Positions 1 through 8,444 of a stretch of DNA of 45,562 nt are shown piece by piece. Within the stretch, counting starts at the first letter, position 1. Every line of letters begins with the position of its first letter. The notes beneath the pieces were generated by a model. The model was given only the letters and a program-made list of their open reading frames with translations. It made no database searches and had not been told where the DNA came from. This DNA is from an uncultured Rhodanobacter sp. (GTDB lineage: Bacteria; Pseudomonadota; Gammaproteobacteria; Xanthomonadales; Rhodanobacteraceae). The DNA is taken from the NCBI GenBank assembly GCA_903827735.1, contig CAIKJM010000127.1, forward strand, positions 1 to 45,562. The letters run 5' to 3'. Both the position numbers and the translations under genes were made by a program.

Positions 1-149
1 GGGCTGATATTGGCGCGCTGGGCGACTTCTTCCCGACGCAGGCCTGGCGTTCGCCGACGGCCGCCACCGAAGCCAAAAGACGCCGGATCGAGCCGTGTGC
101 GCCGGTCTCTCAAATAGGTACCAAGCGCGTTGCCGAGGGGGACGGACAT
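1..149 (-). CDS. XRE/HTH_31 (MmyB-like) transcriptional regulator, 5' part; runs off the left edge
   Basis: Not in the ORF track. Manual translation from ATG at 149: MSVPLGNALGTYLRDRRTRLDPASFGFGGGRRRTPGLRREEVAQRANIS, which carries the 'RRTPGLRREEVA' signature of MmyB-like regulators. Divergent from an SDR, the usual arrangement. Confidence 0.9.
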   Translation of the reverse strand, partial: MSVPLGNALGTYLRDRRTRLDPASFGFGGGRRRTPGLRREEVAQRANIS

Positions 150-246
150 AAGCATCCTGTTGGTATTTATACCTTGATAATGCCACTACTTTACCCGTAT
201 GAGCGCAGGACTAGTCTAGGCGAATACTCACCACTGGAGACTCTTC

Positions 247-1143
247 ATGCGCATATTTCTCACCGGCGCGACCGGCTTTATCGGCTCGCGCATCGTGCCC
301 GAGCTGCTGGCGGCCGGACACCAGGTTCTCGGTATGACGCGTTCGGAACAAGGCGCGCGCGCGCTCGCTGCCGCTGGCGCCGAGGTGCACCACGGCCACT
401 TAGAGGATTTGAACAGCTTGCGCAGCGGCGCTGCCAAGGCCGATGCGGTGATCCACACCGCGTTCGATCATGATTTTTCGAACTTCGTCGCGAACTGCGC
501 GAAGGATAGTCAGGTGATCAAAGCACTGGGTTCAGTGCTGATCGGTTCGAGCCGCCCACTGCTAATCACCTCGGGTACGGGCATGGGCAGCACCATGCCG
601 GGCAAACCCGCCACCGAGGACGTGTTCAACAAAGCACATCCCAACCCGCGATCCGCTTCGGAAATCGCTGGCGAAGAGATGCTGGCCGCCGGCGTTGCAG
701 TGTCGGTCATGCGGCTTCCGCAAGTGCACGACACGGTCAAGCAAGGTCTGGTCACGCCGCTGATCGAGGTGGCGCGCGCCAAGGGCGTGTCGGCCTATGT
801 CGGCGGAGGACTCAGCCGATTTCCTGCAGCGCACGTGCTCGACGTGGCCCGGCTCTACCGGCTGGCCATCGAGAAGTGTGAGCCCGGCGCGCGCTATCAC
901 GCGGTCGACGAGGAAGGCGTGGCGGCGCGCGATATCGCGCAGGCGATCGGTGACGGACTCGGCGTGCCGGTAAAGTCCATCTCGCCGAATGAAGCGGCCG
1001 ATCACTTCGGCTGGCTTGGCGCATTTGTCGGCCTGGATATGCTGTCGTCGAGCGAGTGGACGCGCAAGGTTCTGGGCTGGGAACCCAGCGGCCCGAGTCT
1101 GCTGGATGATCTGAGGCAGATGGATTATTCCGCAGCGGCTTGA
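247..1143 (+). CDS. NAD-dependent epimerase/dehydratase (atypical SDR)
   Basis: Rossmann motif TGATGFIG, then 'VIHTAFDHDF'; GGAGA RBS upstream; 298 aa. Confidence 0.9.
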   Translation: MRIFLTGATGFIGSRIVPELLAAGHQVLGMTRSEQGARALAAAGAEVHHGHLEDLNSLRSGAAKADAVIHTAFDHDFSNFVANCAKDSQVIKALGSVLIGSSRPLLITSGTGMGSTMPGKPATEDVFNKAHPNPRSASEIAGEEMLAAGVAVSVMRLPQVHDTVKQGLVTPLIEVARAKGVSAYVGGGLSRFPAAHVLDVARLYRLAIEKCEPGARYHAVDEEGVAARDIAQAIGDGLGVPVKSISPNEAADHFGWLGAFVGLDMLSSSEWTRKVLGWEPSGPSLLDDLRQMDYSAAA

Positions 1144-1187
1144 GCCACCGCTCTGATCGCAGTCGAAGACGTGAGGTGCCTCCGCCC

Positions 1188-1211
1188 GTAGGTCGGCGGT
1201 GAGCAAAGCGA
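1188..1211 (+). repeat. Partial GTAG-family REP copy
   Basis: GTAGGTCGGCGGTGAGCAAAGCGA closely matches the reverse complement of 5122-5151 (GTAGGTTGGGGTGAGCAAAGCGAACCCAAC). Lies between convergent genes. Confidence 0.6.
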
Positions 1212-1277
1212 CTGTGGAGGCGGTACGCTGCCACAGCCGCTTAAATCACCACCAATCCACCTAATCGCGCCGAGCGG

Positions 1278-2447
1278 CTACCCCTCATGAGCCTGCTCGC
1301 GCGTATCGAAGTACAGCAGCGTCATGCCTTCGCCAGGGCGAGTTTTGCGGCCGCTCATGGTGGCAATGCCATTGGTCGAGCAGCGGAAGATCCAGGCCAT
1401 CACCCACGGCGCCCGGCCGTCCCGTAGGGCGAGCAGACAGCGCACTTCACCGAATAGCGGCTCATCGGTGACCGGATGTTTGCCGATCGGCACCTGCTTG
1501 AACTTGTTCTGCACGATCCACTGCCGCGGTGTGGGCAGCGCCTGCAATTCCGCGCTGGTGGGGTTGAGCAACAGGCCGACGCCGGAATGCCCGCTGACGG
1601 ATTTGGCGACCCAGCGCTCGGGATGGCTCCACTGCGTCGCGCGCAGCGCGCGGTCCTCGACCCAGTGACAGGCTTCGTGCACCGCTAGCGGCAAATCGGC
1701 GAGGCTGCCTTTGTGCACACCGTCGTACCAGGCCGGATGGCTGTGCCAGTTGAGCCGATGTGCGGCACGCAGTTTCGCCTCGGCCACGGCGCGATCCTCC
1801 ACCGAGAGGTCGGAAAAAATCAGCCGATTCCACACGTGTGCGTAGCGCTTGGAGCGATCCGGGCTGTAGAGATGGCCGTCTTCGACGATGACATCGCGCC
1901 AGTCGTGCACGTCGACGTTCCACCAGTGGCGCGCGCCGTCGAAATCCGGCCAGCTCAAACCGTCGCGCGGATGATCCTCGATCAGTACCGTGTCGGCATG
2001 CGGAGCGAGCCACTGGCGCGAATGATCCACCCAGGACGTCTCCCGCGGCAGTGGATCGTACGGCAGCAGATGGACGTCCATATCGTTGGCCCGACGCTGT
2101 GCCAGATGCATCGTGTGGAAGGTGGGCAGCATCGAAGTGAAGGCCTGAATTTCCACCCACGCCAGATCGAACGGCTGCGTCGGGTGCTCGGTGAACGCCA
2201 TGTCTAGCGCCAGCACGTCCGCCCGCGCACCGGGCCACGCCACGCGCTCGGGACGCAGATGCGGCCGCAACGCGCCGACAAGATGGCCAATCTTTCGATC
2301 GAGCGCAGCGCGCAGCGCGCGGTTGCCAACGGCGTAATGATCGGAAAGCAGGCTTTGCGGCAGATGCGGCGCCCGTGTGTCCGAAAGCGCGCGGGCAAAC
2401 TTCGCTTCACCGACAAATTCGAGATGCACGTTAGGTAGGCTGCTCAT
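1278..2447 (-). CDS. Divergent circularly permuted ATP-grasp-like (glutathione synthase / glutathionylspermidine synthetase-like) ligase
   Basis: 389 aa. Motif order ALDMAF...VEIQAF (D...ExN-like), VWNRLIFSDL, WHSHPAWY...K, WVAKSVSGHSGVG (K-x5-G-x-G loop), WIVQNK, EVR fits the permuted ATP-grasp arrangement. ATGA overlap with the upstream GCS2 gene. Confidence 0.65.
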   Translation of the reverse strand: MSSLPNVHLEFVGEAKFARALSDTRAPHLPQSLLSDHYAVGNRALRAALDRKIGHLVGALRPHLRPERVAWPGARADVLALDMAFTEHPTQPFDLAWVEIQAFTSMLPTFHTMHLAQRRANDMDVHLLPYDPLPRETSWVDHSRQWLAPHADTVLIEDHPRDGLSWPDFDGARHWWNVDVHDWRDVIVEDGHLYSPDRSKRYAHVWNRLIFSDLSVEDRAVAEAKLRAAHRLNWHSHPAWYDGVHKGSLADLPLAVHEACHWVEDRALRATQWSHPERWVAKSVSGHSGVGLLLNPTSAELQALPTPRQWIVQNKFKQVPIGKHPVTDEPLFGEVRCLLALRDGRAPWVMAWIFRCSTNGIATMSGRKTRPGEGMTLLYFDTREQAHEG

Positions 2448-3574
2448 GCCAGGGCCTCCGCCGCCTGCGGCACGTAGGCGTCGTCACTGGCCAGCGAGGC
2501 CATCCATTGCAGCGTGGTTTTCCAGTCACCGTGCCGCAGCGCCTGCTGGCGCAGCACATCGGCGAACGTGCGCTGGATGAGCGCATCGGCCAGATGCCGC
2601 TCCCAGTAACTGCGCTCGGCGGCGTCCTTCGCGCGCGGCGCCACGCGCGACCACCAGCGTTCGAAATGTTCGGGCGTGTCGGACACCGTGTCGCGGTTCC
2701 AATCGATCCATTGGGCACGCAAGCCGTGCCGGCGCGCGCGCCATTTGCTTTCATCGATGCATGCACGCGACCACACCGGACCCTGCCTGCCGGCTCGAAT
2801 TTCCAGCTGCAGCGTTTCGGCCTCCCATTTCAGCAGCGTGGTGATCAGACCGATGCGCACCAGATCAGGATGCGTGTCCATGATGCGCACCTCCAGCGTG
2901 CCGTAGCGATGATGCAGGCGAATGTCCTGCCACAATCCCTGGTCTTCGCCGAGGCAGCCCACTGCGCGCAGCCGGTCCACGTGGGCCTGATAATGCTGCT
3001 CGCTTTCCCACGCGTCCGGCGTACCCATGCGCGGATAGCGGTCCAGCAGACTGTGGCGCCACGACTGCAGCCCGGTGTCACGACCTTCAAAAAAAGGCGA
3101 ACTGGCGGACAGCGCCAGGACTTCCGGCAGCACGTGCCGCAGCCGGTTCATGATCGCCATGCGCGGCGCGCCCAGCTCGAAACCCAGGTGCAGATGCATC
3201 CCGAAACTCAGCGCACCACGTGACACGTCGCGGTACTCGTCGATCAGACTCGCATAGTGAGGAAACTCCCCACCCTCGTGCATCGGCTGCTGCTGCCAGG
3301 CTGAGGTCGGATGGATGCCGGCGATAAGAATGCGCTGTCCTTGCGATGCAGCCCGCCGCCGCGCCTGCCCGCGCATCAGCCGCACGCACGAAAGCAGCTC
3401 CGGCACCGTTCGACAGACACGCGTCTTGGTTTCGATCACGCAGCGATGGATCTCCTTATCCATCAGCCCCTCGGGAACCGTGGCTTCGGCGAAATCCGCC
3501 GAAAAATCATGCGCGACCAGTTCCCCCTGGTCATCGATGATTTGAATCTCTTCTTCCATACCCAACGTGATCAT
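2444..3574 (-). CDS. YbdK/GCS2-family carboxylate-amine ligase (glutamate--cysteine ligase family 2)
   Basis: Motifs TLGMEEEIQ, GIHP, FGMHLHLG, LALSASSPFFEGRDTG, WQDIR..YGTLEVRIMD. Start placed at ATG 3574 behind a GGGAG RBS (ORF track extends to 3622). Confidence 0.9.
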   Translation of the reverse strand: MITLGMEEEIQIIDDQGELVAHDFSADFAEATVPEGLMDKEIHRCVIETKTRVCRTVPELLSCVRLMRGQARRRAASQGQRILIAGIHPTSAWQQQPMHEGGEFPHYASLIDEYRDVSRGALSFGMHLHLGFELGAPRMAIMNRLRHVLPEVLALSASSPFFEGRDTGLQSWRHSLLDRYPRMGTPDAWESEQHYQAHVDRLRAVGCLGEDQGLWQDIRLHHRYGTLEVRIMDTHPDLVRIGLITTLLKWEAETLQLEIRAGRQGPVWSRACIDESKWRARRHGLRAQWIDWNRDTVSDTPEHFERWWSRVAPRAKDAAERSYWERHLADALIQRTFADVLRQQALRHGDWKTTLQWMASLASDDAYVPQAAEALA

Positions 3575-3593
3575 GCCCCTGCTCCCTTTGATA

Positions 3594-3620
3594 GTCCCAT
3601 CCGCGAATTCGGATAGGGAC
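3594..3620 (-). promoter_or_regulatory. Stable hairpin just upstream of the GCS2 RBS (putative 5' UTR element)
   Basis: Minus strand GTCCC(T)ATCCG-AATTCG-CGGATGGGAC: 10-bp stem with one bulge, ending about 7 nt before the RBS. Confidence 0.4.
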
Positions 3621-3729
3621 ATACATAGTTAAACAGGCAGGCATGACCGCGCGGCGGAAAGCATCCATCTCGCTGTCGATTAGTGTGCGCCGGCGCGTGA
3701 CGATTAAGACTGACGAAAGACGGCCGCAC

Positions 3730-3752
3730 AAAAAACCCCGGCTTTACCGGGG
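3730..3752 (-). terminator. Rho-independent terminator
   Basis: CCCCGG-5nt-CCGGGG stem followed by T6 on the minus strand, downstream of 3829-4986. Confidence 0.8.
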
Positions 3753-3828
3753 CCTTTCAATCAGTGGACGTCTTTCGATGGAAAGCATCGCCTTCCATCC
3801 GCCTAGGCTTACCGTCGCGGAAACCAGG

Positions 3829-4986
3829 TCACGAATTTTGCTTGGACGTCGGCCAGGGCGCCGCCTGCCAGCAGGCTTCGTAGTATTGCTTGAGGGTGCT
3901 GCGAACCGGTTCGAGTTCGAAGGTGAAGCCGTTGCGGAACGCGCTGGTTCGGCCGGCAACCCAGGCACCGACGGACGGCGCGTAGATGATGTATTGCAGA
4001 CGCGCCGGAGGGTAGGTACGCGTCATGCTGATCGACTCGCTGGCCACCTCGGCACCACCGCTCTGCTGGGTCAGAATCTCCTGCCGGTTGAGCTCGAAAT
4101 ACGAGCGCGTTCCGCGCATGACGATATCTTTGGCGCGCTCGTTGCCGACTTTGTTGATCGCCGTGAGAATCACGCGTCCGGGCTTGCACTCGATCGTCAT
4201 GCGGTGCTCGCCGTGACGATCGACCTGATCGAGCGTGAGGTAGGGGCCGGTGGACAATGTCTGATACTTCGCCACCAGCGGTAAACGACCATTGTTGGCC
4301 AGTCCCGAGGTCATCATCTGATCGGCGGAGAGCCATACCGTCCCGTTGGATGCCGCGCCTGGCGCGGGCGCGAGCGCCGCAGGGTCGATGCCCATGTCCT
4401 TCAGATAGCCGGCGACGTCGCCGGATGGCTGCGTCGACTGGCTGGAGCCACCGGACGATGCCGACGTTGTCGAAACGCCAATGCGATCGCTGCCTGTCGG
4501 CGCCCAGCGGTAAAGGCCGCCGAAGTAAGCGTAGACACAGGCACCCACGCAGATGGCCGTATTCGACTCGCCCTTGCGCCGCGGCTTGCCCAGGTGGGTA
4601 ACCATCGAGCCCGTGCGGAACAGCCGGCCCAGCGCCATGCCAGCGCCAATGCTACCGCTGGACGAATTCAAATAAATGTCCGAACCGCTGGGAATCTTGC
4701 CGGACCGAATCAAGGCGCCAACGCGCTGCGGCGCATCCTCATCGATGGTGCCGTAGAGATAGACCTGCGGTACGTCGGTGACGGCGAGAGTCAACCGATC
4801 ATCGGTGACCTGAACGGCGAGCTGATCGGCCGACGCGTGCGACGAGCTTCGGGAACCGTCGCGCGCCTGGGCGACCGATATCGACGCGAGACCGGCGGCA
4901 AGCAGAAAGAGGCTTAGAGCAAGGCGCGGATTTACGACCGCGCGGCGGGAAACGTTTTTCATACCGATAGCGTTTGGCACTGCCAC
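3829..4986 (-). CDS. Exported COG3904-like periplasmic protein with an extra C-terminal domain
   Basis: Signal peptide (LALSLFLLAAGLASISVAQA); 'IYLNSSSGSIGAGMALGRLFR' and 'AICVGACVYAYFGG..R' resemble the COG3904 ClpP/crotonase-like motifs. Start uncertain (4986, 4980 or 4962). Confidence 0.7.
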   Translation of the reverse strand: MAVPNAIGMKNVSRRAVVNPRLALSLFLLAAGLASISVAQARDGSRSSSHASADQLAVQVTDDRLTLAVTDVPQVYLYGTIDEDAPQRVGALIRSGKIPSGSDIYLNSSSGSIGAGMALGRLFRTGSMVTHLGKPRRKGESNTAICVGACVYAYFGGLYRWAPTGSDRIGVSTTSASSGGSSQSTQPSGDVAGYLKDMGIDPAALAPAPGAASNGTVWLSADQMMTSGLANNGRLPLVAKYQTLSTGPYLTLDQVDRHGEHRMTIECKPGRVILTAINKVGNERAKDIVMRGTRSYFELNRQEILTQQSGGAEVASESISMTRTYPPARLQYIIYAPSVGAWVAGRTSAFRNGFTFELEPVRSTLKQYYEACWQAAPWPTSKQNS

Positions 4987-5055
4987 TCCCGAAAGTCCGA
5001 CTACGCAGTGTCGTCAGTGGCAGATGTCCTGCGAGTGAATACGGCACGATCCACC

Positions 5056-5151
5056 GTAGGTTGGCGGTGAGCGGTCGGTTGGGGTGAGCGCAGCGAAAAC
5101 CCCAACATAAGCTGCCGCTGCGTTGGGTTCGCTTTGCTCACCCCAACCTAC
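5056..5151. repeat. GTAG-family REP cluster (truncated copy plus inverted doublet, REPIN/BIME-like)
   Basis: 5056-5072 GTAGGTTGGCGGTGAGC; 5074-5106 GTCGGTTGGGGTGAGCGCAGCGAAAACCCCAAC; inverted copy at 5122-5151. Each full unit is internally palindromic (GTTGGG...CCCAAC). Confidence 0.75.
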
Positions 5152-5181
5152 CTGACATGCCGACCCATCGGGAGCAACTCC

Positions 5182-6240
5182 TCACGGAATCAACTTTCGC
5201 TCACGCAGGGTCGCAAACACGTCGAAGAACGCGTCGTCGCTGGGCTGATAGTCGAGGAAACCCATGCGCCGGCTCTTGGACATATCGGTGACCACTTCGA
5301 TCGGGCGGCCCAGATCGGCATCGGTATGCCACGGCGAGATAAGCCGATCGATATCCGGCTCGACCAGCCCACGCTGCGCGGCGATCTCGCGCCAGATGTC
5401 GGCATCACCAGCCATCTGCGACTCTAGCGGCTGCACCGTGCCGTCGAACGGCGCAGCATCGAGGCCGAACCAGTCGGCGAGGCGCGACCACATCCAGCTC
5501 CAGCGGAACACGTCGCCGTTGACGATATTGAAGGCCTCGTTGGCGGCGATGGCGTTCGTCGAAGCCCACAGCAGGTGTTTGGCCAGCTGACGCGCATCGG
5601 TCATGTCGGTAAGGCTGTTCCACTGCGCAGCGGAGCCGGGAAAACGAAACGGACGTCCGGTGAATTTACAAACGGATGCATAAACTGCCAGCGTGGTGGC
5701 CATATTCATCGCGTTGCCAACCGCCACGCCGGTAATCGTGTGCGGGCGATGCACGCTCCAGCTGTAGCCGTCGCGTGCGGCCGCGGCAAACACCTCGTCC
5801 TCCTGCGCGTAATAGAAGTTCTCCACATCCAAACGCCCCTGCTCCTCGCGGAACGGCGTTTGCGGCAGCACGCCTTTGCCATAGGCCTCGAACGGCCCGA
5901 GATAGTGCTTCAGGCCGGTAACGAGCGCGACGTGGCGCACGCTGCCAGCAGGGCGCAGGGCGTCGAGCAGATGGCGCACCATTGCGGCGTTGACGCGGAT
6001 GTTCTCCGCCTCGGTCGCCTGGCGCGACCACGTGGCGATGAATACGTGCGACGGCGCCACGTCGGCCAGTGCGGTGCGCGTGTTTTCAGCGTCGGTGAGA
6101 TCCACCGCCACCGGCGTCACGCCATCCTGCGCCGGCGGTCGACGCGCCGCGCCGGCCACCGACCAGCCTTTTTCCACCAGAAGCCGCGCCGTAGCGCTGC
6201 CGACGATACCGCTGGTTCCCACCACTAGCGCCTTGTTCAT
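5182..6240 (-). CDS. PRISE-type SDR (progesterone 5-beta-reductase / iridoid synthase-like enone reductase)
   Basis: VVGTSGIVG, VTGLKHYLGPF, NFYYAQED, WSVHRP, NEAFNIVNGDVFRW and DMSKSR are all PRISE signature motifs. Confidence 0.88.
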   Translation of the reverse strand: MNKALVVGTSGIVGSATARLLVEKGWSVAGAARRPPAQDGVTPVAVDLTDAENTRTALADVAPSHVFIATWSRQATEAENIRVNAAMVRHLLDALRPAGSVRHVALVTGLKHYLGPFEAYGKGVLPQTPFREEQGRLDVENFYYAQEDEVFAAAARDGYSWSVHRPHTITGVAVGNAMNMATTLAVYASVCKFTGRPFRFPGSAAQWNSLTDMTDARQLAKHLLWASTNAIAANEAFNIVNGDVFRWSWMWSRLADWFGLDAAPFDGTVQPLESQMAGDADIWREIAAQRGLVEPDIDRLISPWHTDADLGRPIEVVTDMSKSRRMGFLDYQPSDDAFFDVFATLRERKLIP

Positions 6241-6321
6241 GAGTATCTCTGCAAGAATGATCGGTCAAAATAATTCCGCCGCGGCGACAAACCAAGTCGG
6301 CACCAAAAGGTAACCACCCTT

Positions 6322-6702
6322 ATGAAACCCGGCTCGCCCGACGACCAATGGCTGGAAGACTGCGCGCCGCGCCGCGTGCTGGAGCTGTTCGCCACCAAGT
6401 GGACCAGCATGATCCTGCACGCGCTGCATGTGCAGCACGAGGGCCGAGCGCGCTCGGGTGTTCTGCTGCGCAGCCTGCCCGGCATTTCGCAGAAAATGTT
6501 GACCCAGACCCTGCGCGAACTCGAAGCCAGCGCCCTGGTGCACCGTCACGTGCGCGACACCGTGCCGCCCGAAGTTGATTACTCGCTCACCCCGCTGGGG
6601 CAGCGCATGATCGAACCGATCGAGCTGGTATATGACTGGGCGCGCCGCAACGCCTCGGCGCTGGATGAACTGAAGCCACGCAGGACATCGCGGCGGCGTT
6701 GA
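6322..6702 (+). CDS. HxlR-family winged-helix transcriptional regulator
   Basis: C-x6-L, KW, 'LPGISQKMLTQTLRELE', 'VPPEVDYSLTPLG'; divergent from the PRISE SDR. Confidence 0.92.
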   Translation: MKPGSPDDQWLEDCAPRRVLELFATKWTSMILHALHVQHEGRARSGVLLRSLPGISQKMLTQTLRELEASALVHRHVRDTVPPEVDYSLTPLGQRMIEPIELVYDWARRNASALDELKPRRTSRRR

Positions 6703-6774
6703 CGATCTCCTCTGATCCGATATTCCCGGTGAGTGACTTTGAAGCAACGCCTCCGCCGCCTCGCGAGGCGCCGA

Positions 6775-8157
6775 TCAGTCTGCGATTTGCGGCAGGGGAC
6801 GCGCGCGCTTTCTCGCCTTGCCAAACCACGGCAGCAGCAGCGTGCCAAATGCCAGCACCACGATGCCGACCAGCGCACCGGCTTTGACGTAGGCCAGCGT
6901 CGCGTAAAGCACGTAGACGCTGGTCGCACAAAAAAGAATCGGCAGGAACGGGTACAGCGGCACCTTGAACGGGCGCGGCGCATCGGGGAAGCGAAAGCGC
7001 AGCACGATCACGGCGGCGCAGCTGAGCACCAGAAAAAACCAGTACACCGGCGAGACGAAGTCGACCAGGGTGGCGAACGCGCCGTGGGTCAGTCCCGCCA
7101 CCGCCGCCTCGACCAGCGCCACACCGCCGATGGTCAGCAGCGCAGTGGCGGGGATACCCCGCGCCCCGTCCCATTCGCCGACTGAACCAAGCAGGCCGCT
7201 GTCGCGCGCCACCGCGTACGTGGTGCGCGCGCCGGCAATCAGTAGCGCGTTGATCACCGCGATCGAGGTGACCGCCACCGCGCCCACCACCAGCCACTCG
7301 CCCGTGCGTCCAAACGCCAGATGCATCGCCGTCGCCGCCGGCGCATTGCTGGCAGCCAGACCCGCGTGACCCAGACAGCGCACGTAGGCCCAGTTGACCA
7401 GCGTGTACAGCACGGTGACCAGCGACATGCCGCCGATCAGCGTCATCACAATGCCGCGAGGCCCGGCGCGCAGCTCGGAGGAAAGCGTGGCCGCGTCACT
7501 CCAGCCCCCATAAGCCAGCATCACAAAGATCATTGCCGGCCCGTAGGCATTAGCTGCCGGAACCGGCGCGTCATTTAGCGGCGGCAAGCCATGGATAGCC
7601 ATCCATACGCCGGCCGCACCCAGCGCCAGCATCCCGCATACCACCACCGCCACAAAGCCGGTCTGCGCCCCCATGCCGGTGCGCACACCGCGCAGATTGA
7701 TCACACACAGCAGCACAATAGTACCGACCGCCAGAAAGCCGGTGCCGTGCTCGCCCAGCGGCAGCGCCTCGTTGACGTAATCGGCGAACACGTAGGCGAG
7801 AATGGCGATAAAGCCGGTGTGGATCACCGCAAAGCGCGACCACGCAAACAGAAAGGCCAGCTTGCGTCCGTAGGCCTTGTGCAGAAAATGGTAATCGCCG
7901 CCCGCATCCGGAAACGCTGCCGCCATCTCGGCGAAACAAAGCGCGCCACAGAACGACAGCGCGCCGCCGATCAGCCAGACCAGAAACAGCCCGGTTGGCG
8001 AGCTGATGCTGGCCGCCACGGTCGGCGTGGACTTGAAGATGCCCGATCCAATCACCATGCCGGCGCACATGGCAATGCCATGGCGGATACCGAGATGGCG
8101 ACGGGGACGCGCGACCCCGCCCTGCGAAAGATCAGCGGCCGCGTCGAGAGAGGTCAT
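6775..8157 (-). CDS. APC-family amino acid permease (LAT-like)
   Basis: GMVIGSGIF, FAEMAAAFPDAGGDY, AYGGW, RPFKVPLYP; about 12 hydrophobic segments. Confidence 0.92.
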   Translation of the reverse strand: MTSLDAAADLSQGGVARPRRHLGIRHGIAMCAGMVIGSGIFKSTPTVAASISSPTGLFLVWLIGGALSFCGALCFAEMAAAFPDAGGDYHFLHKAYGRKLAFLFAWSRFAVIHTGFIAILAYVFADYVNEALPLGEHGTGFLAVGTIVLLCVINLRGVRTGMGAQTGFVAVVVCGMLALGAAGVWMAIHGLPPLNDAPVPAANAYGPAMIFVMLAYGGWSDAATLSSELRAGPRGIVMTLIGGMSLVTVLYTLVNWAYVRCLGHAGLAASNAPAATAMHLAFGRTGEWLVVGAVAVTSIAVINALLIAGARTTYAVARDSGLLGSVGEWDGARGIPATALLTIGGVALVEAAVAGLTHGAFATLVDFVSPVYWFFLVLSCAAVIVLRFRFPDAPRPFKVPLYPFLPILFCATSVYVLYATLAYVKAGALVGIVVLAFGTLLLPWFGKARKRARPLPQIAD

Positions 8158-8300
8158 CGGGTGCGATCCGCCAGTTTAGGTATGTGTCTGGAGTATGCCA
8201 CGCGACAGACGTCCAAACCGCAAGCCACGGAGTGACCGCCGTGACCTCCTCATCACCTTCGGCGGGAAAGACTGAGATGGCCTCACCACGGAGACAGCCG

Positions 8301-8444
8301 ATGTCCGACCAACGCACCGCACCGAAGCCCGGAAACTCCGGCTACGCCGAAGAGCAACCCAAGACCAATACCAAAAAAGATCTGCCGGATGCGAAGACGC
8401 CTCACGAGCCGCAAAATGTGCCGAGCAAGAAGCCAAAGCAATAG
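8301..8444 (+). CDS. Small hydrophilic hypothetical protein (47 aa)
   Basis: GGAGA RBS 6 nt before ATG; MSDQRTAPKPGNSGYAEEQPKTNTKKDLPDAKTPHEPQNVPSKKPKQ; fills an intergenic gap. Confidence 0.55.
   Translation: MSDQRTAPKPGNSGYAEEQPKTNTKKDLPDAKTPHEPQNVPSKKPKQ

Noticed and set aside
2444-3574. Calling the ligase pair canonical gshA/gshB
   Set aside because: Gene 1 is YbdK/GCS2-type rather than gammaproteobacterial GshA, and gene 2 lacks bacterial GshB motifs; product left open.
3531-3731. Possible RiPP precursor ORF upstream of the ligase operon
   Set aside because: No RBS; starts inside the terminator T-tract and overlaps the GCS2 start; no graspetide-like core motif.
5056-5151. Possible CRISPR or integron attC array
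   Set aside because: Units are inverted, with no regular unique spacers and no cas or intI gene; fits REP elements.
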